From positions 38,564,001 through 38,628,000 of the forward strand of contig OX597818.1 in the NCBI GenBank assembly GCA_951406725.2: a stretch of 64,000 nucleotides of DNA, in the 5' to 3' direction. The translations under genes and the position numbers were made by a program. The stretch's first letter is position 1. Each line of letters starts with the position of its first letter. The stretch is from Octopus vulgaris (Eukaryota). The notes under the pieces were generated by a model. It saw only the letters and a list, made by a program, of their open reading frames with translations, had not been told where the DNA came from and did no database searches. Positions 22,927-36,495 of the stretch are shown piece by piece.

Positions 22927-23088
22927 GGTGTAGGAGTGGCTGTGTGGTAAGTAGCTTGCTTACGAACCACATGGTTCTGGGTTCAGTCCCACTCCATGGC
23001 ACCTTGGGCAAGTGTCTTCTACTATAGCCTCGGGCCGACCAAAGCCTTGTGAGTGGATTTAATAGACAGAAACTGAAAGAAGCCCATC

Positions 23089-23125
<37 letters not shown>

Positions 23126-23346
23126 TGTGTGTGTATATATTTGTGTGTTTGTGTTTGTCCCCCCAACATCGCTTGACAACCAATGCTGGTGTGTTTACAT
23201 CCCCGTAACTTAGTGATTCGGCAAAAGTGACCGATAGATTAAGTACTAGGCTTACAAAGAATAAGTCCTGGGGTTGATTTGCTTGACTAAAGGTGGTGTT
23301 CCAGCATTGCCACAGTCAAATGACTGAAACAAGTAAAAGAAATAAA
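22927..23346 (+). mobile_element. SINE family A, full length
   Basis: tRNA-like head with A/B boxes, CCTTGGGCAAGT core, internal (TA)n/(TG)n, tail ...GACTGAAACAAGTAAAAGA. Confidence 0.85.
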
Positions 23347-23682
23347 AAAGAGAGCAATAATAAAATATATAAAGCACTAGTTATGAGCAATGAGGAACCA
23401 AAGGAATTAGGAGAGCAGGACAACTAAAAAACAAAACAATTATAGACTGGATTTTCTGTTTGCCTTTTATTGAAAAGTTGTCATTTAAATATCTTTGTAA
23501 TTGCAAGTAAGACAAATATTTACAAATGACAATTATTGAAGGCTGCATAACTTTTTTCTCTTTAATATACTTTTATGGAGTTAGTAAGAAAAGATACAGC
23601 TGGTGGACATCTTTCATTTGAACTCAAATAAGGTGTAGTTTGCTTTTCAAATTGCTGACATATGTTGAGTTAAAGTTCATCT

Positions 23683-24037
23683 TAGGCATTACTTACCAAT
23701 TTTTTGGTTACTTAAGGCTACACAACTTTTTTCTATCTAATATCTTTTAACAAGGTCTTCACCAGAAGATTCTACTCATTTAGATCTTTTAAAAGGGTGT
23801 AATTAAAGTAGAGTTTACTTTTTACATATTTAAAATATTTTGAGTCAAAGTCAATATTAGGCATTACATACCAATATGTTGGCTACTTAAAGCTACATAC
23901 TTTTTTTTTTATCTAATATCTTTTAATGAGATCTTCACCAGAAGATTCTACTCATCGAGATCTTTTAACAGGATATAATTAAAATATAGTTTTTCTTTTA
24001 AATAACTGAGAAATTACAAATCAAAGTAAATATTAGG
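23683..24037. repeat. Diverged ~175-bp tandem duplication
   Basis: TAGGCATTAC...TCTTCACCAGAAGATTCTACTCAT...CAAAGT occurs twice. Confidence 0.85.
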
Positions 24038-24379
24038 CCCTACATTTTTTATCATAACTTTTTTCTGCTGAACCAAATTTCGATCATTTTATTTCAAAAT
24101 GTAGCTTACCACTGGTCCATCATAGTGCAAAAAACCGAATTAAGATTGAGCTAAGAATGAATGAGTGGTAAAGCATTAAATTGGCCACAAGCGAGCAAAA
24201 GGTGACCTTAAGAATATTATTCACACACTACTATGTGTGAATGATATGCCCCATGTATTTGCCAGTAGGCTGCAATATGGTGTGGTGAAGATTACTCTCT
24301 CAAAGCACTGAGTGTTAAAACACTTGAAAGTCATGAACAGGTAAGACAACTTGCCCCAAATCTTATTCAGGAGTGATAG

Positions 24380-24690
24380 ACATCGATGTTTCATGACTTT
24401 TGGAAACATTTTTTCATGCTTAGAGTTGCTGAAGCATGGAACAAACTGCTGGCATCAGTTGCTAGTTGCCGGAGCACTGCATCCTTCAAAACTTCCATGC
24501 TTCCTGAGATTCACCAACACTACACCTGATTTTCTCCCCTCCATACACACGCAAGCATGTATCTGACTCATACACTGTTCACTTTCCAGACATTTGTACA
24601 TTACTGCATATGCTTTATACGCACTTTTGACAAGTTGTGGTGCACCTGAGCACTGTATACAATAATTTCATTATTATCTTATTATTATCA
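24380..24690 (+). mobile_element. CR1/L2-clade LINE 3' end
   Basis: Encodes KHFFxLRVAEAWNKL...SFKTSM (FxxRVxxxWNxLP-type terminus), followed by a 3' UTR and an ATT tail. Confidence 0.6.
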
Positions 24691-25344
24691 TTTTGGTGGC
24701 TTATTAACATCATGTACCTGAACCGAATCAGAGGTGAATAGGCCACCAGTCCGCAACTTATATGCATATAGTGTGAAAACTATGTGCTGGTATGCCTGGA
24801 CAATGCATATGTAAAAATAAGTTCAAATATAAAATAGAAGTAGTGCTAGGGTAATAAACATTATCGACCACATGTACTTAACATATATGATTTGTGTATT
24901 TGCCAGTCAACCATGATTCAGTGTGGGTACATCATTACATGATGGGTAAAATGCTTAGCAGTATTTCATCCATCCTTAAGTTCTAAATTTAAATTCTCTT
25001 GAGGATGACTTTGCCTTTCACCCTTTTAGGGTCTATAAAATAAGTACCAGCTAAGTATTGAGGTTGATGTAATTGACTTAACGAATCCTGGGTATGAGTA
25101 TAAGAACTGCATCCTTCTGCCAACCCATATTGAGCCAATATGGCAGAGTAGGCTCATCAAACCAGTACAATCTCAAGCTCAAATTTATGGCCTCCACATT
25201 AGAATGTGGTTGGTGGAGAGAACATGCTGAGACCTCCATCCTGCAGTGGACTGAACAATCCAATCCAATCCAATATATAAATATATACACATAACCTTGC
25301 CATGAGCCAATCATATCTATCACAATCAATTACTAAAGTCACTT

Positions 25345-25944
25345 CTTATTTCTTTATTGCCCACAAAGAGCTAAACATAGAGAGGACAAACAAGGACAGA
25401 CAAAGGGTTTAAGTCGATTACATCGACCCCAGTGCATAACTGGTACTTAATTTATCAACCCCAAAAGGATGAAAGACAAAGTCGACCTCGGCAGAATTTG
25501 AATTTAGAACGTAACGGCAGACGAAATACCTATTTCTTTACTACCCACAAGGGGCTAAACACAGAGAGGACAAACAAGGACAGACAAACGGATTAAGTCG
25601 ATTATATCAACCCCAGTACGTAACTGGTACTTATTTAATCGACCCTGAAAGGATGAAAGGCAAAGTCGACCTCAGCAGAATTTGAACTCAGAACATAAGG
25701 ACGGATGAAATACCTATTTCTTTACTACCCACAAGGGGCTAAACACAGAGAGGACAAACAAGGACAGATATAGGTATTAAGTCGATTACATCGACCCCAG
25801 TGCGTAACTGGTACTTAATTTATCAACCCCAAAAGGATGAAAGGCAAAGTCGACCTTGGTGGAATTTGAACTCAGAACGTAATGGCAGATGAAATACGGC
25901 TATGCATTTCGCCCTGTGTGCTAACGATTCTGCCAGCTCACCAT
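25345..25944 (-). mobile_element. SINE family C (Meta-domain-like core) with a triplicated body
   Basis: Three ~185-bp head-to-tail units containing GCCTTTCATCCTTTxGGGGTCGATxAAxTAAGTACC, with one TGGTGAGCTGGCAGAA head. Relatives near 24940, 27395 and 41925. Confidence 0.75.
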
Positions 25945-27081
25945 AGAAGTCACTTCTATCCCATCTCTAAACATTGCTGCTCACATTCTTATAAAACTTC
26001 CTTCTGTGGGCGTCTCTGCCCACTTATCCAGAACAATCCTCTGTATCATTTTACCTATATTCACCCCTTCTATACCTTGAGGTACCACCATCATCTCCAT
26101 CGCTCTCTTCATTTCTATCAGATAATTGAAAATAATTGGTAATGTGTATCACATATGAGACATGGATACCAGGGAAATATGTCTTGTGCATAACATGGGA
26201 TACACAGGACAAGCCTAGTATTAATTAGCTACTACTCAATTGTAACTCTGTCCAGGTGGAGAACTAACCAGGACTTCTCAACAGCAACCGCAATCATTAT
26301 TTTGAGAAGCATCACTGAGTAAAGCCAATCTTGCACCTTGGTTTTAACCCTTTACTTTTTAAAACAAATTTTCAGTAGTAACATCAATAAAGTTTAAGGG
26401 AAAAGCATGAAATTCACATCATTTCATTTCATTTAATTTTTCTAGCAAATAATTTAAAACGAAAATGTAAGATAATTAGTCACTTACTGCTCATTTCACT
26501 GAAATTTCCACTTTGAGTTTAATAGAAAAACATGTTGCACTTGTATTTTAAAAGCAGATGGTGTTTGCATAATTTTTTTATATCATGCTTACATCTGTCA
26601 GCACAGTGAAATATAGCAGCCTTCAAATTGATATGTTTTTCACGTTTTAACTGTATGCATTTTATTAAAGTAGTTCGTTGAAATAGTTGTAATTCAGTAA
26701 TTAATTAACATTTTTATGAAAGACATTCATCATCAGAGAGAATTTAGGGAACCATTACATTTTAATTTAGGCATAATTGTATGATTTTTATTTTAAATAT
26801 CTGCAAGATGGTTCCAGTTGAATATAAAATTGGTTTTAATAGATTTATGTTCAATTTTCACCGTATTTTACATGTGAATAGACTTTCAATGAAATTCATC
26901 AATTTCTCAAACAAGAATTATGATACAAGAATTATGAAAATGTTCAAGCTTTTATGGTAGAATAAGAAAGGCAATAAATGAATAAATTGATGTATTAATA
27001 AAAAAGAAGTTTAAGCATTTAAAATGATTTTCATTTTCTATTTTTTAAAACTAAAATAGAATTTTACTTTCAGCATTTTTT

Positions 27082-27388
27082 CTTTTACTTGCTTTAGTCA
27101 CTGGACTGCAGCCATGCTGGGGCACCACCTTAAAGGGCTTTAGTTTAGCAAAATGATTCCAGTACTTATTTTTAAGTCTGGTACTTGTTCTATCAGTCAT
27201 TTCTGCCGAACTGTCAAGTTACAGGGATGTAAACAAACCAACACCGGTTGTGAAGCATGGAGGGCAAGAACAAATACAAACACAATGACACACACACACA
27301 CACACACACAATAAGCCACCACACAGTTTCCATCTACCATATTCACTTACAAGGCATTGTTTGGCTCTGAACCATAGTAGAAGATACC
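27082..27388 (-). mobile_element. SINE family A, partial
   Basis: Diverged match to the 3' half of the family. Confidence 0.6.
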
Positions 27389-28387
27389 AGTGGAAGGTGG
27401 TGAACTGGCAAAGTCATTAGAATATTTTATAAATCACCTTGCAGCATTTATTTCAATTTTCTGCACCCTGAGTTCAATTCCACTGAAGTCAACTTTGCCT
27501 TTCACCTTCTCAAGCTTCATAAAAACAGCATAACCCAGAGTGGTGAGTTGGCAGAACAGTTAGAAAGTCAGGCAAGATGCCGTGCAGTATCCATACTGGA
27601 TCTTTGTGTTCTGATGGCGATGATTATGACAGCACTGGTGCTGAGCTATATCAGCATTTCCCTTTGATAAATATCAGTAGCATGAAGATGAGAGACTACC
27701 ATGTATGGGCAATTGCTAGTCTCTCAAAATAAATTGTGTCCATGTCTATACATACATTAACAGATGCAAGGCCAATCTTATAGAGTCTAATAGGCCCTAT
27801 TAGGAATCCCTGGAATTTTGTAAAACCCTATTTTTTTTAACAGTGGATATGACATGTATTTAATCATTGTCATTTGTACCAAGTTTGACAGTCGTTAACT
27901 CTAATGTTTTATCCTGACAATTCTTTGTTTTACAACATTGAAGAGTTACATCATCACTTTTCAAAAAGTCTGGCTGCATCCGAAAAAATATATATTATGA
28001 AACAAAAATAAACACAAAATTTATTACACAAATCTGTTACCACCACGACAGTCAATGAGTTTGATGGTGAATACATCCACGAATTTTCCACTCAGATAGC
28101 TCTTCCGAAGACTGCAAGACGGCTTTGTGCAATTCATGCCTCATTGTAGGGTTTTTCAGTTCAACTTTATCAACCAAAACTTTGAAAATGCCTTCATCTG
28201 ATGGATTCCACGTGTAAACATGTGTTGAATAAAACTCACTGAATAAATCTTAATTAACTGTGTTGTCAATTGTATGCACCTGACATATGCTAACGTGTAT
28301 GCAGTCAGACTTTTCGCACAGAGGATACAATTCATGGCGTCTGATTATATTGTGAGTTTTCTCTTGTAAATCAATTTTTGTGAACCC

Positions 28388-29407
28388 ATGGATAGATAAA
28401 AAATTTGCGCTGTTTATGAATATGAGTTCTTTTATGGAACCAATGCATCCCAGACAGCTTGGAACATCAACGAAGTGTTTAGTGAAGATGTGGTGAATGA
28501 GTACACTGTATGTCAATGTTTTGAAAAGTTCTGGTCTGGTGACTTTACTCTTGAAAATCAGCTCTATGGTAGATCTGAGACCACATTGGATAACGATGAG
28601 CTGGAAGCTGTAGTGGAAGTGGATACATCTCAAACTATGCTTGAGTTAGTAGTAAGATTTGATGCTTTGATTCCAACTGTATTGGATCATCTGAAACAAA
28701 TTGGCTCGGTAAAGAAGCTGGACAAGTGGGTACCACACGAACTGAACAAGCATTATATGACACATCGTCTTGAAACTTGCTGTTCTTCACTTTCATAGCA
28801 TAAAAGCAGACCATTTTTGCATCATATCGTTACATGTGATGAAAAATGGATTCTTTTCAATAATAGCAAGTGTTCTGCATGGTGGTTGGATAGAGACAAA
28901 CCGTCAAAACACTATCCAAAAAAGAATATTCACCAAAAAAAGCTAATGGTGTCTGACTGATGATCCAGTGCTGGTGTCATCCACTACAGCTTCATGAGAT
29001 CTAGTAAGTCAATAACAGCAGATGTATACATCAAGCAATTGCATGAAATGATGAGTGAACTTGCAATTAAACAACCGAGATTGGTGAATACAGACAGGTC
29101 AATTTTCTTGCAAGATAATGCTTGACTACATGTTGCACAAAGAACGCTACTCAAGTTACAGGAACTGAACTTGGAAGTACTCTATCAGCCACCATATTTA
29201 CCAGACCTTACACCAACTGACCATCACATTTTCCAGGTATTAGACAACTTTTTGCAAGGAAAAACTTCAAATTTGCAGAAAATGTGAAAACAGCCTTTCA
29301 TAATTTCATTACCTCTTGCTCTCCAGAATTCTTTACTGCTAACATAAATGAGCTACTGATAAAATGGCAAAAACTGAGTTGGTAATTTAGGTGCATACTT
29401 TGATTAA
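28388..29407 (+). pseudogene. Mariner (DD34D) transposase pseudogene
   Basis: WVPHEL, IVTCDEKW, LQDNA and PPYLPDLTPTD motifs, with stops. Confidence 0.9.
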
Positions 29408-29419
29408 CTGCATTGCTTT

Positions 29420-29968
29420 TTGTTGAGATAAAGATAGATGCAAATAGGTCAGACACCATATTGAAAGACTTTGGACAAAAATCATGCCTCCTCATTGATA
29501 TGACTGTCTCAATCGATATAAACATATCTGTCAAGATCTACCAAAAACTGAGCAAATATAAAGATCTTGAAGTAGAAATCAGCAAAATGTGGAACCTGAA
29601 GACTAAAACAATACCTGTTGTCATAGATACCCTGAGAATGATAGCAAAAGGGGCTGATTGCTACCTAGCTCAGATACCAGGAAACCCTAAAATAGCAGAA
29701 ATTCAAAAGATAGTGATCATGGGAACTGCTCATATCCTACGCAAAATACTTTCTATGTAATCTCAAGTTTTAAAACAAACATAATTTTCTTATGGTTTCT
29801 TAAACATTCACTAGTACAACACTAAGTACAAAACCAAATATATGGCACCTTAGGCATAACACCAACATGAACTTCCAACTTGTCTCTTGAGGTCTCTGGG
29901 TGAGACCCGGAGCCAACTTGTACAAATGTAAAGCAAAAGTCAAACATAGAATAATAATAATAATAATT
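29420..29968 (+). mobile_element. 5'-truncated R4/Dong-type non-LTR retrotransposon (REL endonuclease end)
   Basis: ORF 29413..29760: NRSD...LIDMTV...KLSKYKDL...IPVVI...GTAHILRKIL, followed by a 3' UTR and a (TAA)n tail. Confidence 0.8.
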
Positions 29969-30236
29969 TATCTTGGTATAAAAGGTGGGCTACAGCAAAT
30001 ATTCTGCTCAATACCACAGATTTATTAGTCAGTTGTTTGATCATAACCAATTGAGCATGTCCCTTAGTGGCTGATAAAAGTGAAAAAAAAATAATGACAA
30101 GGACAGTAACAATAACAGTAGCATCCAGTCTCTGTGATCATGGATTCTTTAATGGAATTTGATAATTTTGAATATAAAAAGAAGATAAATCTAGAAATTT
30201 TATTTGACAGATCTTTAAATTTATTTTTAAAAAAAA

Positions 30237-30316
30237 TTATTGCTCCTCGGGTTTCCAGTTCAAAATTTCATCTCTTGATATATATGTTTCGGCTGATCTT
30301 CTCATTCCTTCATTGC
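30237..30316 (-). CDS. TBATA: TBATA/SPATIAL-family gene, terminal coding exon
   Basis: Acceptor ttttcacag, phase 1. Encodes NEGMRRSAETYISRDEILNWKPEEQ-stop, with AATAAA signals near 30199-30225. Joined CDS is 1122 nt (373 aa). Confidence 0.65.
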
Positions 30317-30435
30317 CTGTGAAAATACAATAGAGTGCTTTAATTTTTGATATGTTCTGGTATTTCTCATTTAAATGTTTGGGAAATTCAGGTAACATAT
30401 TAGATCATAGGGACACCAGATAAAAACTTTATCTT

Positions 30436-30771
30436 TGTGCTTGAGGAGACCTATTGAGTCAAGTACATCATCAACATCAAAATAAAAATCAAATGAAAAT
30501 TGTAGTTGTGATACCTGTGCCGGTGGCACATAAAAAGCACCATCTGAACGTGGCTGATGCCAGCGCTGCCTTGACTGGCTTCCGTACTGGTGGCATGTAA
30601 AAAGCACCCACTACACTCACAGAGTTGTTGGCGTTAGGAAGGGCATCTAGCTGTAGAAACACTGCCAGATCAGACTGGAGCCTGGTGCAGCCTCTTGGCT
30701 TCCCAGAGCCTGGTCAAACCGTCCAACCCATGCTAGCATGGAAAATGGACGTTAAACAATGATGATGATGT
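30436..30771 (+). mobile_element. RTE-type LINE 3' UTR copy
   Basis: Same family with a (GAT)n tail. Confidence 0.8.
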
Positions 30772-31144
30772 AAGAAATATAGACTTGATAATTCTTGGCA
30801 AATAACGTTTATGAGATGATTCAAATTAATTGAAAAATTAATCCTTGTTGTTTGGGAAAGAGTTGAGCTGAAGTGAAATTCATTTAGTATGAAAAAGAAA
30901 ACTAGTTCCAAAATGCAATATAACCCTTTTGATAGCAACTTGCTACTGGTTCTATGAGAGAAACTTTCTTTTCAAAAGAGAGTTAAACCTTCTATTGAAA
31001 TTTCATGTTAATTTATGTTCCAAATACCAGAATAAGAATGATAAAGTTAGCTTACTAAATTCTTTATTATTCTAAAGGAGAATTCAAACAAAAGCAGTGT
31101 ATTTCAACAGAAATATGGTAATGAAAGGATTAAATTTACTCAAT

Positions 31145-31532
31145 CGTCTGTGCTAGTGGGGTGCAAAGACCACCATATGAGTCTGATCGTTGCCAGAATG
31201 GCTAACTGGCTTCTGTGTTGGTGGCATGTAAAAGGCACCATTCGAGCGTGATCGTTACCAGCGTCGCCTTACTGGCACCTGTGCCGGTGGCATGTGTAAA
31301 AAGATTTGAGTGAGGTCGTTGCCAGTACTGTCTGACTTGCCCCGTGCCAATGGCACGTAAAAGCACCCACTACACTCTCTGAGTGGTTGGCGTTAGGAAG
31401 GGCATCCAGCAATAGAAACTCTGCCTGATCAGATTGGAGTCTGGTGCAGTCATCTGGTTCGCCAGTCCTCAGTCAAAATCGTCCAACCCATGCTAGCATG
31501 GAGAGCGGATGTTAAATGATGATGATGATGAT
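31145..31532 (+). mobile_element. RTE-type LINE 3' UTR copy
   Basis: Same family. Confidence 0.8.
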
Positions 31533-31603
31533 GGATCATTTACAAAAAAGTAATGAAAAATTATTATTTTATAAAATTTACTATTTACATAATTTATACA
31601 TAC

Positions 31604-31734
31604 AGCAATGATCTTTTAATTTGTCACTTTCATTTAGTTTTGTGTCTGTTGGAGGTCTATTTGACACTGAATTATGAAAATTCTGGTTTCCTGCTGCTTT
31701 TCCTTCAGGTTCAGTTGGACTTTCAAGAATTAAC
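31604..31734 (-). CDS. TBATA: TBATA/SPATIAL-family gene, coding exon 6
   Basis: Open frame R|LILESPTEPEGK...KLKDHC. Phase 2-1 matches both neighbours. Acceptor is weak (tgaag), donor GTATGT. Confidence 0.65.
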
Positions 31735-32148
31735 CTTCATAAATTAAAACAGAATGTTAAAGTTTATTAATTCATTTACTAAGAAATAAATTTGTAGAAA
31801 ATTAAAGGATGTTCACAGAGATAATGATGATAATAGATGATGTATAGTTTCACATTTTCCCCCATTTGCTATTAGAAGTAAACCTCTTTCAGTTTTATCT
31901 GTTTTACTTGTATGATAATTCAAAGGTAGTTAGAACATGGTTTATCAGCACTACAACATCAATCAGATGTAAGTGTACCTAAATGTGTTGTAGAAAATGC
32001 ATATACATGCTTTTGCTTTACAAAGTCAATTAAATAATATACTTGTTAGGTTGAATGTGTATAAGAAGAAAATGACAAAAAAACCCAGATAATATATATA
32101 TAAGTTGAATAATATATATAATATATATATAAGTTGAATGTTATTATA

Positions 32149-32925
32149 TCTCTTATTATAAAAGGCAGATTTTATCTGCCTCCCTTTGTCACTTATAGAA
32201 ATCTACAATATAGGATTTCTTCAATTACAATTTACCTAGCATTTTTAAGAGTAGAATGCATCGGGTCATGCCAGGTCCAGTTTTTAAAATTTAAACTCCA
32301 ATTAAGCAAAATTTACAGAAAACTCACATTCTGGTGTGTATGTCAAATGCTTTTCTTAATGTGGTTTACACCACATGCACACGCACACACACAGTGTGCA
32401 ACGAATAAAATGAAAGTAATTCACTGTGTGTGTGTTGACAGGTAGACAATAGAATGCGATGGCGATGGCGATGGCGATGGCGATGTAATATTTGTTTCTG
32501 TCTATCACGCTGATAGATACATGAGTAAAATGTATGGCAAGCTAAGAGATAAGAGTGAGTGAAAATGTTCTTGGAAGAGAGTAAATAGCGACAGAGTGAT
32601 TTGAGGAAGACTAAACTGAAAGTATTTCTATAAAACGGATCACTCATGCTATCAACATAATTTCTCCCACTTTCTCTTTGCAAGTGTACCTTAAACCACT
32701 ACTCAAAAAATAAAAAAACACAGCAAACAGAAACAAATAAATACATAACGATTTACTCCTCACACAATTTCTTCAATTAGAGTTTACCTAAGATTTTTCA
32801 AAGTACTCCATTCGGTCATGCCATAACAAATTTCTTTCAATTTCACCCCCAATTAAGACAAAATTCGAGAAAACTCAATATTTTAACATTTCACTCCGAA
32901 AGCATTGATGTACATGTGTGTGTGC

Positions 32926-32964
<39 letters not shown>

Positions 32965-34427
32965 ATGGGTTGTGCGACACAGAAAGTGTGGTGTGTAAGT
33001 GAAGTGCTTTTGTTAGTGTGTGTAAAGAGACAGAGAGAGTGAAAGACAGAAATAACTGAACTTTTTTTATTCACTTTTTGTAGTGAGTGACTGAGAGAGA
33101 AAAGAGAGAGAGAGGTTATGTATGTATATATGTATGTATGGCTTCAGTGACACACACACACAAAACACATACCTACGTACCACCTAAAGCACGCACACAC
33201 ACACAAGCGGAGCGCGAACTTCAAAATTTTGGTAGTATTAATTTGCGAGCGTACTTCTAAGCGCGCGTAATTGAAAGTTTTCACTATGATATCATCACGT
33301 GCGAAAAAATTCGAAGGGTTTTGAACAATTGAGATACAGATGTCACACCTGTATTGAAACCATTGCTAAGCTGCCGTAATTGCTTAATTAAGACTTTGTT
33401 TAAATTGAAAGGGGCAAATATGTGACGAGGTTGAAAAAAAATACCCCAGAAAAAAAAATGTACTGCTGGTATTTATATAATTCACTACTATTTTGCTACA
33501 ATGTCATGAAAAAGAAAAAATTTAGGTATGTACAACATATATTATACATTTTTTCTATTCATTCAACGAAAATAAAAAAATCGAATTCGCCACCCCCTTT
33601 TCCCCGTTCGCGTTTGTGTAAAAAAAATTATTATTTAAGTTTTAAAAATTATTTACTTTGTTCAAAAAATATTAATATTAATTAATTTTCAAGAATTATT
33701 TAATTTTATTCTGTAAAATAGTAATTAATTCATTTATCTGTAAATCCGCGAGGTTGTTACTCAGGCACCTACAAATAGCAGCCAGATTTTTATATTCTAA
33801 ATAATTTGCAATTTCAAAAAATATATTAATTTTGCTTTATTTAATTTGATAAATTCTACGGAATAATTTTGCGCGTTATATACGTTCGCGTTTCTGTAAA
33901 AAAAAGTAATTATTTAAGGGTGATCGAGTATCGAGTACCTACGTCTGGCTCGCACGCGCGAATCCACGTGTGCGCAACCGGGACCACTCTGCGATACAAG
34001 TACCCATATATACATCCATACATACATGTGTGTGTGTGTCTATGTATGTGTATTAATGTGTGTGTGTTATCTCTATATAAAGCTAAAGTTGTCTGTGTGC
34101 GCCACGTTTGGTAACCTTCAACTAACACTATCTCCTCCGAGACCCTGCGGCGCAAGTTGACCAAAATTGAGAGTATGATAGAAGAAGGGTTGCTCTTCCT
34201 TCCGTAGAACATAAAATTCAAATCGGACCATGTTAACACCAAAAATTATTTACATCAAAAAGATGCTTTTTTCTATGAAAATCCCTATTTTTTACGATTT
34301 TTTCACTGCTGTGTCGCCACTTTTCGGTGTATTTCGACCAGAAAAATGTTCACAAAATTTTTACTTTTCAAAATTACAATTCAAGCGGGTCGAAACAAAC
34401 CCGAGCAACGCCGGGTGATACTGCTAG
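32149..34427 (+). mobile_element. Composite non-autonomous Helitron
   Basis: 5' A|TC starts at 32149 and 34070. 3' hairpin CCCGAGCAACGCCGGG followed by CTAG|T. CpG-rich relative to the flanks. Confidence 0.7.
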
Positions 34428-34537
34428 TATATAATATATATATAAGTTGAATGTTTCGAATGGCAGTACCCCAGATTGGCCACAGCTCGTGAGCTGAAAC
34501 TAGATAAAATTTTAAAAAATAAAATAGATAAAAGATA

Positions 34538-34936
34538 TCTTTATATATAAAAGTGAAGTTGTGTGTCTGTCTCCTACGATTTAGATTCCTAACTACTCCC
34601 ACATTTTGCGGTGCAATTTAACCAATTTAACCTATCTTATAGTCATGATTCATATCGAGCCCTTCTGGGTATTAGCGTGCATCTACGATGAGTCTACAAT
34701 TTAAAAAAAAAATTACCATCATTTTTCCCCATTTTAATGCATTTTTTTCGCTATTATATAAGGGAAGTAACTCTCTAAAAATGTCTACGATGACTCAACG
34801 ATTAAAAAAAAAATTTACCATAATTTTTTTTCCATTTTTAATGCATTTTTTTGCTATTTTTTTGCTATAACTCTCTAAAAATGCTTATATAGTTATTTCC
34901 CTTACAAACCCGAGCAACACCGGGCGATACTGCTAG
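34538..34936 (+). mobile_element. Non-autonomous Helitron (~400 bp)
   Basis: A|TC...hairpin...CTAG|T. Near-identical to 49474-49871. Confidence 0.85.
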
Positions 34937-35584
34937 TATATTATAAACTGATAGAAATTAAGATTCCCCAATGATTTTACATCCAGCACAGTGTTTCTTG
35001 TGATTTAAGACAGTCAAAAAGAGAGCTGAGTCAAAAAGATTAAAACCATGAAAGAGCTAAAATAGCAGACAGATGACTATTCTGCGATTGGTCAAATGAA
35101 ACACATGACAAAACAGTGAAACAGTAAAATGTCCCCTGAATGTGGTCACTGTTAGAATTTATTACTATATTTTCTGAAATGTATTCAATATTTTGAAAAT
35201 TTTAATTCATTAACCCTTTTAATACCAAACTGTTTAAGACTGCCTCTGCTCATAAGATACAAAATTCCTAATTCTTAATTTAAATTAATGCCTTCCATCA
35301 CAACCACTTTAGTATGCTTTGCAGAGTATTACAAGATGTTCAAACCAAAGATATTTATTATCTCTGAAGAAGAAAATCAGATAAAAAAAATACTAAATTG
35401 TAATTATAATGAATATGTGAGATTTGCACAAAACATTTGAGCATGATTGCTTTAACATACACACAGGAGTGCGTGGTGATTTATATATGTATTAAGCTGT
35501 TAATGAGAAAGGAATTAGTAAATATATACTAATTAAAGCTGCTTAACTTTAATTTTAATATTCACCAAACTTTGGACTCACAGA

Positions 35585-35858
35585 AGCAGTGACAAGTGAC
35601 TGAGACCTTTGGCAAAATTCCGTGCTTGAGAAGACTTGTCAAGCCAAGTGAGATCATAGACATGGCTAATGCTAGTGTTTCATAACTGGCATGTAAGAAG
35701 TGGCACTTAAGAAGCATCCACTACACTCTTGGAGTGGTTGGCATTAGGAAGGGCATTCAGATGCAGAAACCATGCCAAATGAGATTGGAACCTGGTGTAG
35801 CTCCCCAGTTTACCAGTTTTCAGCCCAACTGTCCAACCCATGCCAGCATGGAAGACGG

Positions 35859-35890
<32 letters not shown>

Positions 35891-36352
35891 TTAACGTATG
35901 TTCTCCATGCTAGCATGGGTTGGACGGTTCGACCGGGGATCTGGGAAGCCAGAAGGCTGCATCAGGCTCCAGTCTTATCTGGCAGTGTTTCTACAGCTGG
36001 ATGCCCTTCCTAATGCCAACCACTCTGTGAGTGTAGTGGGTGCTTTTTACAGGCGAGGCTGGCAACGGCCACGGTCGGATTGGTGCATTTTACATGCCAC
36101 CGGCATGGAAGCCAGTCGAGGCAGCACTGGCATCGGCCACGATTCGGATAGTGCTTTTTACGTGCCACCGGCACGGAAGCCAGTCGAGGTGGCGCTGGCA
36201 TCGGCCATGATTCGGATAGTGCTTTTTACGTACCACCAGTCCAGGGGTCCTGGCAACTGCCGGGTGCCAGTCATAGGATTGGTTCAATTTCGATTCTGAT
36301 TTCGATTTCGATTTTACTTGCCCCAACAGGTCTTCGCAATGATGATGATGAT
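35585..36352. mobile_element. Two RTE 3' UTR copies, a minus-strand copy nested in the tail of a plus-strand copy
   Basis: Plus copy 35585-35859, minus copy 35860-36338, residual (GAT)n tail 36339-36352. Confidence 0.75.
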
Positions 36353-36495
36353 AACTAATGAACTGTTAGCTATTTAATTAGCTACAGTCAGAGATTTTGC
36401 TGGATAGAAACTATTTGGAGATTATTTGATATTTCTTGAAATTTTAAATGCTTATTTGAAGCATTTAAACAGGTGTAGTAAACTAAAAGGGTTAC

